Origin: Bacteroidales bacterium
GTDB lineage: Bacteria; Bacteroidota; Bacteroidia; Bacteroidales; UBA1715
Length of the DNA: 64,000 nucleotides
Reading direction: 5' to 3'
Assembly (NCBI GenBank): GCA_027858745.1
Contig: JAQICB010000049.1
Coordinates: 50 to 64,049, forward strand
Positions 59,711-64,000 of this stretch are shown here, in pieces. The first letter of the stretch is position 1. Every line of letters begins with the position of its first letter. The position numbers were made by a program, and so were the translations under genes. A model generated the notes under the pieces. The model worked only from the letters and a program-made list of their open reading frames with translations, made no database searches and was not told the origin of the DNA.

Positions 59711-60342
59711 AAAACAAACCCGAACTTCCCATAGACCAATACATTTCGAAAATACATTCCTGCTCAGTTCTTCCGGGTGAAGAAGCTCACATAAAAATGG
59801 CACCCGGTCTGCGAACATCCGGCACAACAAACGCACAAGGTGCATTCAAAAGTGCGGTTCTTATTTGTTTGTTCGAACAAAATAATAGTTTGTATTGTAT
59901 TTACACCAAACGCACAGTACAAAAACGAGATAAACACAGCGGACAAATCTCCTTTCCCGGCGGACGATACGAAACGAAAGACGAGAATTTACGACAAACA
60001 GCTATACGCGAATGTTTTGAAGAAATTGGCGTTTCCGCTCACGAATCAAATATTTCATTACAATTATCAGATATATACATTCCCGTTAGTAATTATATTG
60101 TAAGTCCCTTTGTGACATTTCTACCGACGGTTACAAACACATATGAAATACAAAAAGCAGAAGTTGAAGAAGTTCTAGAAATTCCTGTTGAACTCCTTAT
60201 GCAAAAAGAGCATATTCAACAAAAAACTGTTTTCAAAAATAATCAGGAAATAACTATCCCCTACTACTCTTTTAATAAACACGAAATATGGGGAGCCACC
60301 GCAATGATTACAGCTGAATTAATTGATATACTTCGAAGCTGA
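59707..60342 (+). CDS. NUDIX hydrolase, CoA pyrophosphatase (NudL/PCD1-like) type
   Basis: YTKRTVQKRDKHSGQISFPGG followed 14 residues later by RECFEEIGV. This is the same FPGG-to-RE spacing I recall for CoA-pyrophosphatase NUDIX proteins. 4-nt overlap with bioD. Confidence 0.8.
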   Translation: MKNKPELPIDQYISKIHSCSVLPGEEAHIKMAPGLRTSGTTNAQGAFKSAVLICLFEQNNSLYCIYTKRTVQKRDKHSGQISFPGGRYETKDENLRQTAIRECFEEIGVSAHESNISLQLSDIYIPVSNYIVSPFVTFLPTVTNTYEIQKAEVEEVLEIPVELLMQKEHIQQKTVFKNNQEITIPYYSFNKHEIWGATAMITAELIDILRS

Positions 60343-60626
60343 TTAAAGACTTCGTTTCTATATTTTAGATTTTTTAAAATAATTTTATAATTTTGAATAA
60401 AGTTGCATATGATTTTTTTAATGGTCAATAGTTTAAATTATGAAGAAAATAGTCGCAATTATATTAATTGTTTTTTAACCAATATACCTTTCGGTAAAAA
60501 TTATTTTTAAATGTATGTTTTTGATTGGCTCTAATGTCTAAAAACACAAACTAATCCATATAATTTTTCACGAAATTTTCCATCTTAGAATAAGAATTGT
60601 ATCTTTACAAAAAATTTGTTGTGAAT

Positions 60627-61058
60627 ATGAATACACATAAAATAGTATCATTTGTAAGTGCTATTGTCTTTTTGACTATAACATCAGGGATTGGCATTTC
60701 TATTCATACCTGCCACAATACTATTACCGAATTTTCAATTCTTCCACTCGAGTCGAATCATGCGGAACACAATTCTTTTTCTACAAATTGTACTACAGAA
60801 AGCAATACGTACAGCGAACATCACACACAGTGTTGCTCTAACGAACGTATTATTTTTCAATATTCTGAGGAATTATTTACGACTCAAACACACCAAATCA
60901 CCCATACAATACAATTTATAACCGGTATTATTTCCTTGGTGTTTGATACTGATTTGTTTACAAAGTCACACAAAGAATCTACGCCCGTTGGGGACACAAC
61001 CGCTCCCCCTCTCAGAAAATTTTACCTGCTTTTCTGCTCGTATGTTTTGTATGAATAA
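60627..61058 (+). CDS. Small membrane-anchored protein with ordered HxC, CC and PP motifs (HYC_CC_PP-like)
   Basis: Start moved to the ATG at 60627. N-terminal TM (IVSFVSAIVFLTITSGIGI), then IHTCHN, later HHTQCCSNE, then TTAPPLRKFY near the C-terminus. The order matches my recollection of the NCBI 'HYC_CC_PP family' naming. Lies directly upstream of a TonB-dependent receptor. Confidence 0.45.
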   Translation: MNTHKIVSFVSAIVFLTITSGIGISIHTCHNTITEFSILPLESNHAEHNSFSTNCTTESNTYSEHHTQCCSNERIIFQYSEELFTTQTHQITHTIQFITGIISLVFDTDLFTKSHKESTPVGDTTAPPLRKFYLLFCSYVLYE

Positions 61059-61149
61059 CTGAGTTCACATCTTCTTCACGATAGTCAGCAGACTATCAGA
61101 AAAGAATGCACATGAACTTCTTTTATTATTCATTACAAAACATATTATT

Positions 61150-63396
61150 ATGAAATTATTACATTTATTTTTAATGGTACTACTCTGTACCGGTTTCGTG
61201 ACGGTTTTTGCTCAAGAACATGAGCATGATGACCATACAGTACGAGGAAAAGTTACAGACGAACAAAACAAAGCACTTGTTGGTGCTCTTATCTATTGGG
61301 GGCACAATCATGGTGAAACAATCATTACCGACGAACATGGTGAATTTAGTATTCCTAAACATCATAATGGTGATTATCTGTACGCCAATTATGTTGGGTA
61401 CTCAACCGATTCAATCATAATTAATGAACATGATCATTATGTCGTTTTTAAACTACAATCAGGAATTGAACTTGATGAAGTAGTTGTTTCGCATAGAGAA
61501 AAAAGCACGGTAAGCAGTTCTCTCAAACCTATTCACACATTGGAAATTGCAGAATCGGAATTGCATAAAGCGGCGTGTTGCAATTTGAGTGAAAGCTTCG
61601 AAACAACCCCATCGGTAGACGTTACTTTTACCGATGCAATTACCGGCACAAAACAAATACAAATGCTGGGGCTTTCGGGTTCGTACGTACAATTTACCCG
61701 CGAAAATATTCCGGCAATACGTGGGTTGGCAACGGTGTACGGTTTGCAATTTATTCCGGGTACATGGATTCGAGAAATACATCTTAATAAAGGTACCGGT
61801 TCGGTTATCAACGGTTTTGAGAGTATTACCGGACAAATTGATATTCAATTGTATGAGCCCAAAGATATTGAAACGGTATATGTAAACCTATTTAGTAGCG
61901 AAAGCGGAAGAACGGAAGTAAATATTCATGCAAAAAAAGCTTTTTCCGACTCATGGTCAACAGCTCTTCTCCTCCACGGGAGAACGCAAAAGACCAAACA
62001 GGACAATAATGATGATAATTTTCTAGATATCCCGTTGGGAAATCAACTCATTGGGATAAACCGTTGGGAATATCAAGGGATTGAGGATATGCATATACAG
62101 TTTGGTATTAAAGGTACGTATCTCAGTCAAATTGGAGGCGAACGAGACTACTCACCTTCTCAGATACACAATATTACAAATCCCTGGGGGATGAATACCT
62201 ATATTACCCGTGGTGACGCATGGATGAAAATTGGTAAAACCTTTCATGACAGAGCATGGGAAAGCATTGGATTTCAATCTTCTTTTTCGTTTCATAATCA
62301 AGAATCGCAATATGGATTACAATCCTACACTGGAGATGAACTCTCAGGATATGCAAATTTAATTTTTCAAGGTGCAAGCGAAAGTGAGAAACATAAATAT
62401 AATACCGGATTAAGTTTTCAATACGACCGGATAGATGAAACATTTAATGACCAACCATTTTTGTATGATGAATCTGTTCCCGGCATATTTAGTGAGCATA
62501 CCTACATTCCCGGCAAAAAACTCACCATAGTTTCAGGATTACGGGGAGATTTCCACTCTATCTACGGAGGATTTATTACCCCTCGCTTACATATTCGGTA
62601 TAAACCAAACAGTGACTATGTTATACGCATGTCGTTAGGAAGAGGACAACGCACTGCACGAGTTTTTGCAGAAAACAACAATCTCATGGCAAGTTCCCGT
62701 CTTTTTTTAATTCATAGCGAAAATAATGAAACACCATACGGTTTAGAACCCGAGATTGCATGGAATGTCGGAGCAAATATTACCCGTTATTTCTCATTAT
62801 GGAACAGAAAAGGATCAATAACACTTGATGCTTACAGAACACTATTTCAGGAACAAGTAATTATTGACTACGTCCAAGACCAATATGCAGTGCATGTTTA
62901 TAATCTTGAGGGAACATCATTTTCAAACAGTGTGCAAACACAAATAGATTATGAATTGGTTCACAATCTTGATATTCGCATGGCATATCGTTGGTACGAT
63001 GTGCAATCGACATATAACGGAGAATTGCAGAAAAAACCATTTGTATCGGAACACCGGGCATTTACAAACCTCGCCTATACAACAGAATCTGATTGGTCAT
63101 TCGACTATACGGTTCAATGGCATGGTTCGAAGCATGCACCTCTCGCACAAAGCAGTATGGAACAAATAGATACAGACAAGAACTCACCCGACTTTTTTAC
63201 CATGAATGCACAGGTAACAAAAACATGGAACGATAAATTGGACATCTACGTCGGGGCGGAAAACCTGCTGAATTATGTACAAGAAAACCCGATTTTTTCG
63301 GCATCGCAGCCATATAGCAGCGAATTTGATGCATCACAAATATGGGGGCCGGTATTTGGCCGTGAAGTGTATGCCGGATTGCGGTACACATTTTAA
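61150..63396 (+). CDS. TonB-dependent receptor with His-rich carboxypeptidase-regulatory-like N-terminal domain
   Basis: Signal peptide. VRGKVTDEQNKALVGALIY (CarbopepD_reg-like). Plug-like region (LSESFETTPSVDVTFTDAITGTKQIQMLGLSG). Long beta-barrel ending YAGLRYTF, with the terminal aromatic residue. About 10 His in the first ~80 mature residues. Confidence 0.85.
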   Translation: MKLLHLFLMVLLCTGFVTVFAQEHEHDDHTVRGKVTDEQNKALVGALIYWGHNHGETIITDEHGEFSIPKHHNGDYLYANYVGYSTDSIIINEHDHYVVFKLQSGIELDEVVVSHREKSTVSSSLKPIHTLEIAESELHKAACCNLSESFETTPSVDVTFTDAITGTKQIQMLGLSGSYVQFTRENIPAIRGLATVYGLQFIPGTWIREIHLNKGTGSVINGFESITGQIDIQLYEPKDIETVYVNLFSSESGRTEVNIHAKKAFSDSWSTALLLHGRTQKTKQDNNDDNFLDIPLGNQLIGINRWEYQGIEDMHIQFGIKGTYLSQIGGERDYSPSQIHNITNPWGMNTYITRGDAWMKIGKTFHDRAWESIGFQSSFSFHNQESQYGLQSYTGDELSGYANLIFQGASESEKHKYNTGLSFQYDRIDETFNDQPFLYDESVPGIFSEHTYIPGKKLTIVSGLRGDFHSIYGGFITPRLHIRYKPNSDYVIRMSLGRGQRTARVFAENNNLMASSRLFLIHSENNETPYGLEPEIAWNVGANITRYFSLWNRKGSITLDAYRTLFQEQVIIDYVQDQYAVHVYNLEGTSFSNSVQTQIDYELVHNLDIRMAYRWYDVQSTYNGELQKKPFVSEHRAFTNLAYTTESDWSFDYTVQWHGSKHAPLAQSSMEQIDTDKNSPDFFTMNAQVTKTWNDKLDIYVGAENLLNYVQENPIFSASQPYSSEFDASQIWGPVFGREVYAGLRYTF

Positions 63397-63484
63397 TTAG
63401 TCTCTGTCCGAAAACTCCAGAGACTTCTAAAATCAAGACTTTTCGGGCAAATATCAAAACACATACTAAATGTAATAGTATTTT

Positions 63485-63513
63485 AGGGCAATCGTAAAGG
63501 GTTGCCCTTTTTT
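63485..63513 (+). terminator. Rho-independent terminator downstream of the TonB-dependent receptor
   Basis: agggcaa (63485-63491) / ttgccct (63502-63508) stem, 10-nt loop, T-run 63508-63513. Confidence 0.7.
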
Positions 63514-63799
63514 ATCTTTATTGTATCATGATTAAAAAAGTAAATAATAATTACCAACTTGAAATCACAAATTGTGACATCAAGTTGAGAAGGACAAAGG
63601 AAACGTACATATCCACCATTCATACAAAAACCATTTCCTCAACGAAGTTAAGCTTTCGCGTTCGGTAGTAAAAAAAATCATACTTCAGAAAAGAATTCCC
63701 CCTTGTTTTTTCTCTATAAAAATGTTGTGCCAAAAAAAAATAGTATATTTACACTCTTAAAAAAAATATAAATACGAACCTTTAAATTATTCATGTATT

Positions 63800-64000
63800 A
63801 TGAAATACGGTTACTTTGATGATGAAAACAGAGAATATGTTATTACCAATCCGGAAACTCCGTATCCGTGGATAAACTATCTCGGTAACGAAGATTTCTT
63901 TTCTCTCACATCAAACACAGGCGGTGGCTATTCTTTTTATAAAGATGCGAAGTTCAGAAGACTTACCCGATACAGATACAATAATGTGCCTATCGACGAC
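63800..64000 (+). CDS. GH94 cellobiose/cellodextrin phosphorylase-like protein, 5' fragment truncated by the window end
   Basis: Not in the ORF track because there is no stop in the window. Translation [67 protein letters not shown] closely matches the N-terminus I recall for cellobiose phosphorylases. Confidence 0.8.
   Translation, partial: MKYGYFDDENREYVITNPETPYPWINYLGNEDFFSLTSNTGGGYSFYKDAKFRRLTRYRYNNVPIDD

Noticed and set aside
60439-60477. 12-codon mini-ORF (MKKIVAIILIVF*) in the 254-nt region upstream of the HxC/CC/PP gene
   Set aside because: It is too short to evaluate. It looks like a truncated signal-peptide remnant or a chance ORF, and I saw no convincing ribosome-binding or promoter context.
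61059-61075. ctgagttc immediately after the stop of the HxC/CC/PP gene, resembling the repeat core (cctgagttcga) found after the GH9 stop
   Set aside because: Only an 8-mer is shared and the similarity does not extend. An 8-mer is expected by chance a few times in a 64-kb window on two strands.
61180-63457. Many 61-129 aa ORFs on both strands within the TonB-dependent receptor gene
   Set aside because: They are nested in a 748-aa ORF with plug and barrel features and a terminal aromatic residue. Shadow ORFs.
1-64000. Scan for CRISPR arrays, rRNA/tRNA genes, transposases, integrases, phage or classic defence genes (restriction-modification, toxin-antitoxin, reverse transcriptases)
   Set aside because: I noticed no regularly spaced direct repeats, no recognisable RNA genes, and no ORF with transposase, integrase, RT, nuclease or ATPase defence-type motifs. 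The window appears to be core chromosome with a few accessory secreted or sensor genes.

Overview
Visibly AT-rich, densely packed chromosomal segment that looks Bacteroidota-like. Evidence: T9SS-type C-terminal sorting tails, DUF1573/DUF3108/DUF4783-type proteins, -33 TTTG / -7 TAnnTTTG promoter geometry, and NQR plus cytochrome bd respiration. I support about 52 protein-coding genes.

Housekeeping genes: recO, rsmA, mgtE, nadC, rlmH, pheT, surE, lpxB, gdhA, fabG, pnp, rpsO.

Respiration: cydAB, a complete nqrABCDEF operon, and a futalosine-type radical SAM gene.

Biotin: a complete, translationally coupled operon, bioB-bioA-bioF-bioG-bioC-bioD, flanked by an Ldh_2 oxidoreductase and a CoA-pyrophosphatase-type NUDIX gene.

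Accessory-looking genes:
- a 1223-aa multi-TM orphan histidine kinase
- two tandem paralogous secreted proteins of unknown function
- a T9SS-tailed S1 protease
- a double-propeller sensor fused to a SpoIIE/PP2C phosphatase
- a 1330-aa GH9 endoglucanase with many Ig/Fn3 modules
- a small HxC/CC/PP-motif membrane protein paired with a His-rich TonB-dependent receptor
- the 5' end of a GH94 cellobiose-phosphorylase-like gene, truncated by the window edge

I saw no rRNA, tRNA, CRISPR array, transposase, integrase or phage genes. I could not recognise a clear-cut new multi-gene system such as a defence island.

The best second-look candidates are:
- the sensor-phosphatase / T9SS protease / tandem-paralog cluster (16.6-25.9 kb)
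- the unusual C-terminus of the GH9 protein
- the putative metal-uptake pair at 60.6-63.4 kb
- a short repeat family plus a structured intergenic element downstream of the GH9 gene

All calls come from reading the translated ORFs and the DNA by eye. No database search or computation was run.
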